The notes: generated by a model from the sequence alone, not told the origin. Positions 26,981 through 41,350 are shown, counted from the stretch's first letter. The stretch is 64,000 nucleotides of DNA from the human T2T-CHM13v2.0 reference genome, Homo sapiens (GCF_009914755.1 NC_060931.1), one strand, 5' to 3'. Numbers and translations are program-made.

Positions 26981-27056
26981 TCTCCTGACTTCTATGTCAT
27001 TGTTGAAGAGAAATTTACTTCCTGTCTGTAACTTTTTAACTTTAAAAATAATTTCA

Positions 27057-27486
<430 letters not shown>

Positions 27487-28929
27487 TCATGAGCAATTTA
27501 AAGGTACTTGCATTCATTATGCCCCTCAACTCAATACCTCAGTATATATTTTTAATGAGGATGTTTTCTTACATAGCTAAAATAAAGTTTACAAATTCAG
27601 GAAATTTATCACAGATATACAATTTTAAATAATCTACATTTAATATTTTAATATTGTCAATTATCCTTTATAGCATATTTTCCCCCACCACAGGATTCAG
27701 TCTGCAATGCCATATCCCATTTATCTTTTGTCTTTGGTCTTCTTTAATCTAGAATAGTTTCTTGTCATAAGATTGACAATTTGAACAATACAGATAAGAT
27801 ATTTCATATCTTCTCAGGGTATCCTGATCCAAAGATGCATGATATCCATCTGCCCTTGGCCAATTTTGAGCAATTTATAATGAGAACTCTGACTCCCAAA
27901 AATATTAACACTTGTAATCATTTGCTCTAATCTACATTAAAATAGTTTCAGAATTGCTATAAACACGTCATGCAAAACATAAACCTACTACTGAGAGCGC
28001 AAGATTTGATTAAAGGTTTTATTCTGAAGAATACAGTCTTGTAATCAAACTACCATCTTTGAGTTATTTGCAATTGATGTTTCTCCTTTACTGAGATTAT
28101 GAAGTAGAGTTGCATTCATTTATTTCTATTTGCATTCATTTTTATTTTTTCTTAAAATTGTCAATTTAATGTACTTTTGGAATATATGGAATATTAACAT
28201 ATTTCCCAAACTCAAAACTCGATGACATACCTAGAAAATTAACTCTACTCTGGCCCTTCAACACCATTGATCCTACATCTTTTAATAATCAATTGTCTTG
28301 TTTTCTGGTTTATCCTTCCAGTGTTTTGTTAAAATTGGAATATATCGTATATTTTATAATTTCTCTCTCTTTCTTTACAAAGGTAGCATACTATATGTAG
28401 TCTTTGACACTTTGCCTATTTTAATTAACAGTATCTCTCAGAAAACACTATGAAGTCATTCATAGAGATCATTCTTATTCTCTTATCCAACTGCGTATTT
28501 TTCTTTTTGTGTAAGTGCCATTTTTTAGCTACTCTTCTATATTTGGACATTTAGGTAATTTCCAGTATTTTGCAATACAAGCAATGCTTTTAATAATCTG
28601 TTCATATGTACTTTTGTATTGTTAAAGGTATGTTTTTAGGGTGCATTTCTAGAAATCGGAGTGCTGGATCAAAGGATAAATACATATTTTTTCTTTTTTA
28701 CATATTGCCAAATCCCCCTCCATAAGCGTTGTTCACTTAGCTTTTCCACCAGTAAAGTATAAGAGTACCCACTTCACTAGAGACTTGCTAACAATTTATT
28801 GTCAAGCTTTTGAAATCTTGCCTATCTGTGCAGTTGTGCATTGGTATTGTTATAATGTACATTTCTCTTAATATGCATGAAGTTTGAGCATCTTCTCATG
28901 TTTTAAAAAATCTAGTTTTACATCAACTG

Positions 28930-29679
28930 TATATATACATATACATATATATGTATATCTATATAACTATAGATATATATGTATGTATGTATATGTATGG
29001 ATCTATATATCTATAGATATATATGTATATCTATATATCTATAGATATATATGTATATCTATATATCTATAGATATATATGTATATCTATATATCTATAG
29101 ATATATATGTATATCTATATATCTATAGATATATATGTATATCTATATATCTATAGATATATATGTATATCTATATATCTATAGAGATATGTATATCTAT
29201 ATATCTATAGAGAGATGTGTATATCTATATATCTATAGAGAGATGTGTATATCTATATATCTATAGAGAGATGTGTATATCTATATATCTATAGAGAGAT
29301 GTGTATATCTATATATCTATAGAGAGATGTGTATATCTATATATCTATAGAGAGATGTGTATATCTATATATCTATAGAGAGATGTGTATATCTATATAT
29401 CTATAGAGAGATGTGTATATCTATATATCTATAGAGAGATGTGTATATCTATATATCTATAGAGAGATGTGTATATCTATATATCTATAGAGAGATGTGT
29501 ATATCTATATATCTATAGAGAGATGTGTATATCTATATATCTATAGAGAGATGTGTATATCTATATATCTATAGAGAGATGTGTATATCTATATATCTAT
29601 AGAGATATGTGTATATCTATATATCTATAGAGATATGTGTATATCTATATATACATATATACATATAAATATATATGTG

Positions 29680-29717
<38 letters not shown>
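28930..29717. repeat. AT-rich 28-bp minisatellite (VNTR) ending in (AC)15
   Basis: 5 x gtatatctatatatctatagatatatat (29025-29164), one 26-bp unit, 14 x gtatatctatatatctatagagagatgt (29191-29582), 2 x ...agagatatgt. Confidence 0.97.
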
Positions 29718-29720
<3 letters not shown>

Positions 29721-29721
<1 letters not shown>

Positions 29722-29918
29722 AGACTATCCAGGCCTGATGTTTTTATGCAAAATATTCCTTGATAATTTTCTCTAGTTTACTGTGGAGATAGGCCTGTTT
29801 AAACATTCCATTACTGTTGGAATTGATTTTGGTAAACTCTGTTTTCCAAAAAATGATCAAATTCACCAAAATTTCCAATTGTACTTGCATAGATGCAAGC
29901 AAAGTAGTCTCTTGTGAT
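29721..29918. repeat. 198-bp direct duplication, inserted copy (donor 30818-31015)
   Basis: 6 mismatches in 198 bp, no indels. The ORF track also shows twin peptides MELILVNSVFQKMI... Confidence 0.96.
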
Positions 29919-30817
29919 GTGATATATATATATATATATCTTGCCCATTTTATAGGACTTTTAGATTTTTTTCACAATTTTAAAATGTCCTTTATACATC
30001 AGGGATATTAGTTTCCTTATCTGTGATATATATTATAAAGATTGATTCAAGAGTATTCTTGATATCATTTGCCATGAACACATTTTTCTTTGTAAGAAGT
30101 CAAATTAATTAAACCCTCACTGTTCTGTTGCCTGTGGGTTAAGTTATTGATAGAAAGTCTTTCCCTATGCTGAGGTTTTGAAGTTTTTCACACATTATTT
30201 TCTTTTATTGTATCTTTTCACTCATATTATTATCTCTGAAACTTTTGGAGTTCATCTCATATGTATAGAATGAAGAATGGATATAATTTTATCTGTTTCC
30301 TAATGACTGTCCTACTGGCCCAGCACCATTAATGAAGTGGTTCAATTTTGTCCAGTAATTTGACATGCCACAATTGTCACATTCTGAATGTCCATGTGTA
30401 ATTGGACCAGTGTCTACAGTTTTCAGTCTTACCCACCAGTCTGCCACTCTGCATGCACCAGTGTCATGACATTTTCATTCTGTGGCTTTGTAGTAATGTT
30501 TGGTGAAGTAATAATCCCTTATAATTCTTCTCTTTCAGTACTTGCCTAGTTATTCAAGTGTATTTATTTTTCAATACAAATGTTAGTATCAACTTGCCTA
30601 AGTCCAGGGACAAAAGCTTATTGGTATTTTTGTTGGGATTACATTAAATTTATAAAGAAACAGGGAGTGACATTTTTATGATATTTCCACATCACAGGAA
30701 AATACAATGATGTCTGTTTTTCAAATCTGTTTTCTATTTTTCAAGAGCGTTTCCCATTTTTCTTCACAGGGATTTTGAGCATTTCTGGTTTCTACAAGTT
30801 TGGTTGAATTCCCCTGA

Positions 30818-31015
30818 AAGACTATCCAGGCCTGATGTTTTTAGGCAAAATATTCCTTGATAATTTTCTGTAGTTTACTGTGGAGATGAGCCTGTTTAAA
30901 CATTCCATTACTGTTGGAATTGATTTTGGTAAACTCCGTTTTCCAAAAAATGATCAATTTCACCAAAATTTCCAATTGTACTTGCATAGATGCAAGCAAA
31001 GTAGTCTCTTGTGAT
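30818..31015. repeat. 198-bp direct duplication, probable donor copy in L1M
   Basis: Contiguous with upstream L1 sequence tttggttgaattcccctga. Confidence 0.95.
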
Positions 31016-31860
31016 TCTTACATTTATTGTAGGCATTCTTTCTCTCCCACTCTCCCTCTGGCACTTCCCCTCTCCTATTTATCTTTCCTATCTCTCTCTC
31101 CCTTCATTGTGTGAGTCCCATTACAAGTATGTTAGATCTTTTTCACATAACCAGTATGTCTCCCATGTTCTTTTCTCTACTTTTTAGTCCTTTTTTGCTC
31201 AAACTGTATCTAACGTATTGCTAAGCTCATCCTTTGAGTTAGTTTTTCTTCTGGATTTGTTAAATAACAGAATGTCCCCTTGGGACTTTCTTCAAATATT
31301 CTGTTCTCAGTTTTGTTTTTTATTTTCTTGAGCATATTAGCATAGTTATTTTTAGTCAATATATTAAGATAACATTCCATAAGTTCCCTGTATGACTTTT
31401 GCTCTTTTCTGTGATGTCTTTTTTTCTTTTAGATCTCATAGTTTTCTGCCTGCTTATACCTGGTTGTTTATGATTGAGTGACTATCATTGTATATGAAAG
31501 ACTGTACAATAATCTCCTTTCTCAGATATTATTTGCCTCCACTTCTGGCAGGTGGCCAGCATGCTAGCAACCTGCAGACACTTTTACTTCAATCAAGGAT
31601 TGAGATGATTCAAAGACGAGTTTCAGTCCCAGGGATAACTGGACCATTTTGAGTTTGCCCTCACCCCTAAGGCCCAGACTTTCAGAGCTCACCCCAAGCT
31701 TGGGGTTGGAGGAGTGCCCAGCCATGGTCAGGCTCTTCACCACCTCCACCCTCCAGCCCTTCTAGAATTGACAGAAACTGAAGAGGAAAAACATCCCTAA
31801 CTCCAGCTCACCTTCCTTGTCTACTTCTTCCCTGGGTGCTGGCTTTCTATTCTCCACTGA

Positions 31861-32249
<389 letters not shown>

Positions 32250-34830
32250 AAGTGTTTCTTATATTTTGCCCAGGAGGACCCATCTGAATTACTTAGTTTC
32301 CCAATATTGCAAATAGAAATAAATTTACATTTTGAATCAAACATGCATATGCTTTGTAGTAACATGGGATTTTAAAAATTCAAAACACTGAGCTTCAGAG
32401 CAACATAATGCGTGAGGCCCAGACCTTAAGGGTAAAAACCCAAAATGGCACATTATGCCTGCTCACCTCTCAGTGGGGATACTGCTGTAGAAAAGTGTCA
32501 GAACCACTGATGTCTCCAGAGGCTGAGGATCACCAGCTGACTCTAGGACTTTTGTCTGAAGTGAGAAGTAGGAGCTTCTGTTGCAGAGACGGCAAAGGCA
32601 TCATCTTGATCCATCTATGAGGAATGATCTAGGGCTGGCAAGATCAGGGCAGCTGTCTAGGAGTCTAGAGGAGACAACTGGCTGGCCCCTGGACATAGGG
32701 TTTCTGGGAGATAATTCTGGAAGCTCAAGTGAACACCATCTCCAAAAGAGTTCAGTTTAGGAAATGTTGAGTCTGCACACACAGGAAGTGCATGGTTGAG
32801 AGATCAACTCCTATGACAACAAAACTGTGAGAATGAGTTTGGAGAACGAAACAAGGCTTCCCTGCCTTGGAACTCCCTGTAAGCTCCCTTCAGGTAAAGC
32901 TATGGACCTGACGCATTCTAACTTGTGTTACTTTATTTAGGCCAACTGCAAATGTGAGCTGTAGCTCTGGAGAAAGGACACAGACATGAAGAATCAGGGC
33001 ATGGCAGGTGTGGGCTGGCTCACCCCACACACCTGCCACGGGGCTGCATCACCCTGTTCGGCTCCCCAGCATCATCCTGTCCTGATTCAACACACTTTTC
33101 CACTTCTCAGCTCATTAACTAAGCGTACTATGAGCTCAAGAGAATGGAGTTCGTCGCAATGCCAAGCAGTGGCACAGTTTTATAGAGTGCACATGAAAAA
33201 CACCTCATCAGAACTCAATATCCTCTGCTGCAAACTGGGGATACCTAGAACCCTCCCTCACTTGTCTCACAGAGCTGGTGGGGACTAGGGTGATGGAGCA
33301 GAGAAGTGATTGATACTTGGGTCAGGACTGAAAAAGTTACCTAATATTACCAGTGGCATGAAACCATTCGTGACTGAGCTACTTCTCATAAATATTATAA
33401 GTAACCTCTTGGTCCACCTAATTTTGTAACAATAAATGCCTTATTATAGCCATTCTTTTCTGGAAATTATCTATTTGAGGTTCAGAAAATATGTATTCAA
33501 TTTAAAGGAGCCAAATTTTATTATATTCCTAAGTCTGCTCTCTACTTTTCTATTAAATGATTTTTAAGAATGATAAAGAGAGAACAATTGTCATATGATT
33601 GGCTCATACACAACTTTGGCCTTGGAAAATCCCTAAAAGTCCCTAAAATAAGCAAACTGCAGTTTGTAACCCAAAATCCAAAGGAACAAAACAACTGTAG
33701 TGTTTATACACATTGTGACCCCACTAGCCAATTAAACTCCTGATCGCCAGCAAATCTATTTATTTTTCTTTTTGTATTTGAGTAGAATGTAAACTGTGAA
33801 ATGGCTTTGCTTTTTCATCTGCATGAAAAAAATGATATGTCCCTTGAAGCGCATGGCATGTGGTGGTTCACCCTCAATCCATCCTGGCCACCTATGTCAA
33901 TCCAAATCACCCACCCCACATTAAGTGAGGTATTGGGATCACCTCCCCAGCTCCTGCCCGCATTCTAGGGGAATTCAGTATCAGTGCAGGTGACACAGCC
34001 AAGATCCCCAGGACATGTCCCTGGATTGTCTCACCTACAATGATCTTTATTCCCCTCCGTTAAGACTTTAGAAACCCCCATGCCTCAGGGCAGAAATTAC
34101 AATTTGAAGTATCCGCAGCCCAAACAGATTGATTAGTCCCTCCCATTGGGTGAGGAGTGCACTGCAGGTTGAACATAGCCCAGGAGGCAGAAACTGTGAT
34201 CTCCGGGGAGGGGAGAGTTGTGAGCAAGGACCCTTCTGCCAACTGCTGCCCCATGTGAAGGAGCCCACAAGGACTGATCTTCTGGCTTACTAAAGAAGAG
34301 TTATCCAGACTCTTTTGTACACAAAACCTGTTTATTCAAGCCTGGTTCCATTAAAAGGCAAAACAACCTAGACAGCAGTAAAAGTGTGCTGTGGTCCCAA
34401 CTAAATAAATAGGCCCTGATTCTCAACTTCCAACCTCTGCTTTCAGCCTCTTCTCATCTCAGGGCTGCCCCATTCATGAAATTCAGAACTCTGCCGTCCT
34501 TCTTGGGTGGCCACTGCCTGTCCTTCTTGCCCCGTTGCTCTGTTCGTTCTTAAGCCTCATCCAGACAGAGGCTTTGGCTCTGCCTCCTTCCCAGTCTCTC
34601 TGCCACCTGTCTCCACCTGGCCCCCCCAGGCCTTACACCTGGAGGCATCACTTCAGTATCTCCTGGGCCCTTCCTCTCTCCCAGATCTGTCCTAACCTGT
34701 GTACCTGTCCACTGACAACAGCCTTCCAGGAACCTTACCCTGCTGTGCTCCTTGGCTGGAGCTCTCTCAAGGACAGATATGTATGCTTCAGCGTCTGCCA
34801 GGCCCAGGCTCAGGACTTATAGAAGGAATG

Positions 34831-35176
34831 TACTGTGTTCTGGATGTCTGTGTCCCCCCAGAATTCATATATTAACATCCTTACTCCCCAGGTGATGGCA
34901 TTAGAAGGTGGGGCCTCTGGGGGTGATTAAGTCGTGAGGATGGAGCCTCATGAATGGGTCAACATCCTTATAAAAGAGACCCCAGAGAGCTTCCTCACCC
35001 CTTCCACCATGGGACAACACAGCGAGAAGGCTAGGAGTCCTTGCCAGATGCTAAATCTGCTAGTGTCTTGATCTTGAACTTCTCAGTCTTCAGAGCTGTA
35101 AGAAATACATTTCTGTTGTTTATAAACCACCCCATTTATAGTAATTTGTTTTAGCAGCCCAAATGGACTAAAAGCA
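34831..35176 (+). mobile_element. MLT1A-type MaLR solo LTR
   Basis: tgtgtccccccagaattcatat...cttataaaagagaccccagagagc...ttagcagcccaaatggactaa. Confidence 0.88.
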
Positions 35177-35214
35177 TGAAGGAAGATATTTTCCAATTTT
35201 TCTAAAAAATAAGA

Positions 35215-35410
35215 TTTAAGATCAGACCAACCACCCACTAACCTGTTAACCAATGACAAGTTACTTAATCTCTAAACCTCAGTTTTCTCATCTATAAATG
35301 GGAGCAATATGACATAGCCCAGAGTTGCTATGAAGAGCAAATGATCTATGGCAGGCCCTAGGCACAGCACATAAAGCATAGAAGCATCCAGCCACTTTTT
35401 ACTATTATTA
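35215..35410 (+). mobile_element. MIR
   Basis: gacaagttacttaatctctaaacctcagttttctcatctataaatggg, MIR core. Confidence 0.8.
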
Positions 35411-36019
35411 CTATTGTTGTTGTTATTTTAAATTTAATCAGTGACGGACATCTTGCTTTCCCACCCTGTGATTTCACATTGGCAAACTTCAGTCTGCTAC
35501 AATCTCTTCTCTCAGTAATGGGCTGTGGATGTGCAATACCAGCAGGAAGCAGCTTCCCTAGGGCTCTCCTACAAGGTGGGCACCAGGGGCACAGCTGGGA
35601 TGTAGCACTCTTCCTCCCTCAGGTTTTCAGGCTAGTGAGGACCAGCTATCTCACACACAGCCCGTCAGAAAGATACACAAAGTGGCCTGCTGGCCCATTC
35701 TCTTGCTGGTCCTGCAAACAAGAGGCTGGGGAACTACTTAAAGAAGATTGGGATTGATTCTCTTGGCCCACACCATAAAATGAGAAGTCATCACTGCGTG
35801 GACATCAAAGCACACAGGGGCCAGGTGCTTCTCAACTACATAATTCTCTATGTCCCTCCATGTTTGAAAGAGGTGCAGGAGTGAATCCAAGGATGGATGA
35901 CCAGGGTCTTTATGAGAGAGGGGAGGGGGTGTGAATGCAAAGACGGGTAAGGCCTGAACCCGCCTTGGGCTCTGGGAGCACAGAGTCCTGGGAGCAGGCA
36001 GGATGGCAGGAAAGCATCG

Positions 36020-36680
36020 CGCCTCTAGAGCCAGACTGCCTGGGTTTGTTTTATTTTTCCCAGCCCAATTGAGATCCAATTGACAGAAGGAAACAGTATA
36101 TATTGAAGGCATATATGTGATGATTTGATATATGTACACACTGTGAATTGATCACTACGACCAAGCTACTTAACATATCCATAACCTCACACAGTTGCCT
36201 TTTGTGTGGGGTGGGGGTTGGTGGGAACACTTAAGATCTACTCTCTTAGCAAATTTCAAGCATACAATACATTATTATTAACCATAGTCACCATGCTGTA
36301 CATTCGATTCCCCAGCACTTATTCGTCTTATAACTGCAACTTGGTACCCTTTGACCAACATCTCCCCAGCCCCAGCCCCAACCCCAGCCCCTGGCAACTA
36401 CCATTCTACTATCTGTGTCTGTGAGTTCCATTTATTTCCATTTCAAATATAAGTGAGATCATTGACTGCTTGGGTTTAAATTCTGGCTCTGACCCTTCCA
36501 TATGTGTGACCCTTGGCAAGTGCATACCTAGCTGTCAATTTCTCCTCTGTCAAGTGGTGACAATGTGGATAGCGCTGCCTGAAAATATTGTTGCAAGAAT
36601 TAGGTAAAATAATACGAACAATATGCTTAGCACTGCGCCCGGTACATAGCAAGTTCTGGATCGATGTTCTCTATTTTTAT
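36020..36680 (+). mobile_element. MIR interrupted by L1MA 3' end
   Basis: gcctctagagccagactgcctgggttt resumes after the L1 as gactgcttgggtttaaattctggctctgac...ccttggcaagt. Confidence 0.8.
36048..36463 (-). mobile_element. L1MA8-10-like 3' end
   Basis: gaacacttaagatctactctcttagcaaatttcaag. 14-bp TSD gactgcctgggttt (36034-36047) / gactgcttgggttt (36464-36477). Confidence 0.88.
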
Positions 36681-38239
36681 TAGTAAAGATGTACATGAAT
36701 GCAGAATTAGAGCACAAATGATAATGACCATGGGGCTGCACCAAACATTGTATTAATAGAATAAAAAGGGAGCAAGTGCATTGAGGATGAGATGATTCAG
36801 TTGGAGATGCAGATGGTGGTGCATAAGAATGAGAATTTGCCAAGTGACAAATAACAGAGAATGTTCCAGGGGGAGAAGGGAGCACACACAAAGTACAGAA
36901 ATATGAACGGTTGTTCTTCTCCACCTCACCCTGTGAGTTTTAACAAAGGAAACAATCCCCTGACAGCTCGGCAGATGGAAAGCAGCAACTATCAGCCAAG
37001 ATTAGCCAGGAGTTGGTTACAAGGCCTCTATAAGACTTTAAGAGAGGGATCCAAGCCTTGGCATTTGTGCAGTTGAGCTATTTAAAAAATAGCTACTTTC
37101 ATAATACGGCATGTGGTGAGGTCACTTCCATTTTTCACTAGCTGAGTTAATGTTCTTTGTTGGATATTAGGCCTGGTTTTCCCCCAAGCCCTGCAGAAAG
37201 GAAGACTGAGTCCACACTCAACCCACACTCAAGGGGCCACTGTCTGGCTATGAAAGCAGTCTGAGGCATAGCAGTCTCTCCTAGAATCATTGTGTGTTGG
37301 CTCTGTCCTGGTGTGCCCCCGACTGATCAGGGTACCTTCAGCTTCCTTGAAAACACCAGGACACAGACCAAAGCTTTGAGAAAACATATGACTTTTTAAT
37401 TATCTTGCTTTTATTCTTACTTGCATTTAAACTCCAGGTGCCCTAATCTTATTTTTGTCTTTTTTCTTTCCCCATTATTATGATTCCATAACCCATACTT
37501 ATTAAACCAACTTATCCATCTCACATCAGACTAGATGTTTTTCCTTTCCCATAAATTTTGCAATGAGTTACTAGAAAGCGCACCTTTGTCAGGTGACATG
37601 GAAGGTGTGGGTGGGTGTAACCACAGACTCGCACACGAGTGCCTGCCATGAGAGACATCAGGCCCAGATGCTCTTCTCCCTGGGAGTCCTGGGCCCATAG
37701 GAGTTGAGAAATTCTTCTCTCCAGGGGTGAGACTGCAACATATCAAGGTTCAGTCCATTCCCACGCAAGGGATGAGGAGCAGCAAATTTAGGGGTCTTTG
37801 GCAATGTCCTCTGTATTCCTATTTCCTTCCAACAGGTTTTCATCAAGGATAGAGCCATTTCAGCCAACCAGTCAGGCCAGATGAGCAGAAGTTCCCAGTG
37901 GCTGCATCGTAACTGCTAAACCCAAAGCTGCTCCCTTGTGACAAGCCTGCTCCCCTGTTCAGGCCACCTGCAGGTGTCTCTGACCTCTGCTGGGACTCAG
38001 GCAGGGGGGGGCAGCCCTAAGCAAAAGGTTTGAATGCAGAGTCCACCAATTCTTGGCTGTGACCCCTAGAGAAAGTTCATCACTGTGCTGTCAATTTCTT
38101 CACTTGAAAGGGGAAATTTTCTGCATTACAGGATTTCTGTAAAAAGCATGTGAAAATACACACCAAGTAGGTGGCACATTTTTATGATTTACAAATTTTA
38201 TCCAACTACCATATTCAATTAAACTGTGATTCCAGTGGG

Positions 38240-38602
38240 TGTCTTAGCCAGCTCAGGTTGCTATAACAAAACATCACAGAGTGGGTAACTTCAACGACAG
38301 AAATTTATTCTTTACAGTTTGGGAGGCTGGAAGTTCAAGATCAAGGTATTGGATAACTCGGTTCCTAGTGAGGGCTCCCTGCCCAGTTTATAGAAGGCCA
38401 CCTTTTCACTGAGCCCTCACACAATGGAGAGAGAGATCATGTCTCTTGTGTCTCTTTTTATAAGGGCACTAATCTCATTCATGAGGACTCCACCTTCAGG
38501 AAATAATTACTTCCTATAAGCCTCACCTCCTGATATCATCATATTGGTGGGTACGGCTTCAAATGTGAATTTTGTAAGGACACAAACATTTGGTCCATAG
38601 CA
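38240..38602 (-). mobile_element. MLT1A-type MaLR solo LTR
   Basis: tgtcttagccagctcaggttgctataacaaaa...ggacacaaacatttggtccatagca. TSD gtggg / gtggc. Confidence 0.9.
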
Positions 38603-39615
38603 GTGGCCAGAAAGTAGAAGGGGGTGGGAAAGAACGAGCCTCAAAAAGAATACCAACTCCTGTGAATCTATTCTTGACATTACTTCCTTCTCTCTCAGCA
38701 GTATTATTCAACCCCACGACTTCTAAATTGTTTGCCAGCCCAGATTTCCCTCCCAGAGATGAAAATCACATGCTAAAGGGACCCTCAAGCCTCTGGTGAG
38801 TGAAACCAGAAACACAGACCATCCTTGGCACTGTTTCCATATGGCCAGCATGGCTATGACCGGAGCCCCCATCCCCAAGCAGTGAAACAAGCCAGGGCAG
38901 ACAAAGGACACAGCAAGGCATAGGCAGGTCTCATTTCGTATGAGCGCCTCAGGGTCAAGGTTAGGGCTTGCTTCCCATGCACACTGCACTTGGAATCTGG
39001 AATATATTTGGTGCTCAGTAAACTTGGATTTTCTATGTGAACGATTTAAATGAGTCCCTGCTGCAAGAGCACAGTGTTTCCATGCTTGCTGTTCTTTTGA
39101 ACAACCACTGTTCACTTTCACATCTCCCTGGGCTGTCATTGCCTTAGGAGGCCTGCACTGGTCCCTGACATAGAGAGACCCTCACTGTTAGGGTCCTGGA
39201 GCACTGGAACCCTCCTCTCATAGGACACAACACACTCTAGTGAAATGGCATAGGACCTCTGTTTCCATTGGGACAGGAACTCCATGGCAGGCTTCCCTTG
39301 CGGGATGATGGATCACTGTGGGCTAATGGAATATTATACAAGGGAAGAAGCCACTGATTCTGTTTGAGCTGATCAGGGGAATGTTTGTGGAGACACCCTT
39401 GAGGGGCTTATCAAGTCAGAATGAGTTTTCCAAACAGACCAGGAAGATAGGAAAGTCCTGTGGAAGAAAACGCAGGCGTAAAGAGCCAGCGGTGTGCCAT
39501 GGCCCCTGCATTTGGAGACCAGTGGAAGTTTAATGTGGCTGGAGTAGCAGGCAAATGTGCGAAAGCAGATTTGCACAGGAGGCAGTACAGGACTAGTCAC
39601 GTTCATCATGCCTAA

Positions 39616-39818
39616 CGTGATTCTGACCCAGGGCCAATCCCAGCAGACACCTGGCAATGACCAGAGACATTCTTGGTCATCACAACTGGGGAAGTGCTAC
39701 TGGTATCCAGGGAGTGTTTCTCAGGGATGCTGTTAACAGCCTACAATGCACAGGGCAGCCTCCCACAGTAAAGTTACCCTGCCCCAAATGTCCCTGCTGC
39801 TGAGGTTGAGAAACCCTC
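39616..39818 (+). mobile_element. MER20 hAT-Charlie DNA transposon
   Basis: ggcaatgaccagagacatt...ggtcatcacaactgggg...cctacaatgcacagggcagcc...gctgaggttgagaaaccct. Confidence 0.88.
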
Positions 39819-41284
39819 CACTCCTGCAAGGCAGGATTAACACAGGACCGACCTCGCCATGGCCACTTCGGGCCTTCGTGACCCCAGCTGTGAAGGCCAG
39901 AGGACAGGAGAAAAAAAATGCAATGGGGACCAGTAGAGCCAAAATAAGGCTTGTGTTTCTGGGCTCTGGCCCAGTGTTGAGCCACTGCGTCCTCTGCCTC
40001 ACCTGAAGGGGCTGCATCGGGAGCAAGAAGCCTGGCCACAGCCTTCTGGTCAGGTCTTGGCTATGGCTGCAGTCCATTTAAAACATTTTGTGACCCTAAA
40101 TTTCCTCAGTGCCACTGACCTTCCTGCATCCCTCATGAAGCATAAACTCTGTGTCTGTGCTCTGCTGAGTTCAGTGATGGCCCTGCAGGCACCAAGGGGC
40201 CTATTGTGGAGGCCCTGGGGGGCAGGCACAGTGGGGAGGAGAGACGTGATGGCAGGGCCCAGCTCACTCAGAGTGCTGACAGTTAACAGACTCTCCTACA
40301 ACCCAAGAGGCATCCGTTCCCATTCGGAAGCAAGGATGCTGAGGACTTGGCCACACCAATGGCTGGTTGAGGGTCACCCATGGTAAGGGATGAAGCCAGA
40401 GGCCCAAACACCAACACCAATTCAAAGGTGGTCTTTGAATCACTTGGGGCCACTCATGATGCCCTGTAACAGCCTGAGCAAACTCATTCTTCATTTGGTT
40501 GGTAGAAAAAGATTCTGAACTGTAGCAAGTTAGAGAATTGTTCTCACACTTGATTAAAATACAATTGCTAGCTGAAATCTGCAGTAGAGTTTTCGAACTC
40601 TTATATGGACATGGGAAGAGAAAGAAAGGCCAACAGAATAGTAAAAAGACTCTGGGATGCATGAAAACAAATTGTAAACATATTTAATTTTTATTTAATT
40701 TGATAAGCAGTCCTCTAATTCTTGGAACTTCAGAAAGTCACTCCTGGGAGCAATCGTGTTTGCAGAATAGGTAGTAACTCAGCTTTAGTTGTTATTTCTT
40801 CTGATAACAAATCACATTTTTGAGTCACAAACCAATATGTTTCTCTAACTCATTAGTGTGTGTTATTTTGTCTTTAAAAGACCCAGAGATCTTCCCTGCA
40901 TACCCAGTTGGAGTGTCTGCTTATTGATGAGAACATTGATGGTGACTTGGAGGAGTTCATTTTACCTTTGAAGGATTGGACAATAGAAGCAATTTAAATG
41001 TGAGTTGTTCTCACTCCATTTAGTTAACACTTGTTTCATAAGGACTAAGATTACAAAGCTGACATTTATTTTATGTCAAATAACCACAGAAACCTGTGCA
41101 CTAATAGCTGCCTTCACACTGCTACAGTTGAATGATGGTGAAGAATGCCAGCAAAAAAATCTCTCTTGGAGATTATGTGGGGATGTAATGAATGTAAGAC
41201 TAGGCCCCTGAAAAATAAGATAATTAAGTTGTGGCTTTTTATTGTGCTTTCATTCTGATTGCGGCCTGGATCAATGCCAAAAAA

Positions 41285-41350
41285 TTATGAATAAGCATAA
41301 TGCCTGGCACATAAAAGGTGTTTAATAAATACCTATGAATAAATAAATAA
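41285..41350 (+). mobile_element. L2 3' terminus
   Basis: gcataatgcctggcacataaaaggtgtttaataaatacctatgaataaat. Confidence 0.7.

Noticed and set aside
28930-29650. Regular 28-bp repeats as a CRISPR-like array
   Set aside because: Head-to-tail units with no unique spacers, low complexity, eukaryotic context and no cas genes.
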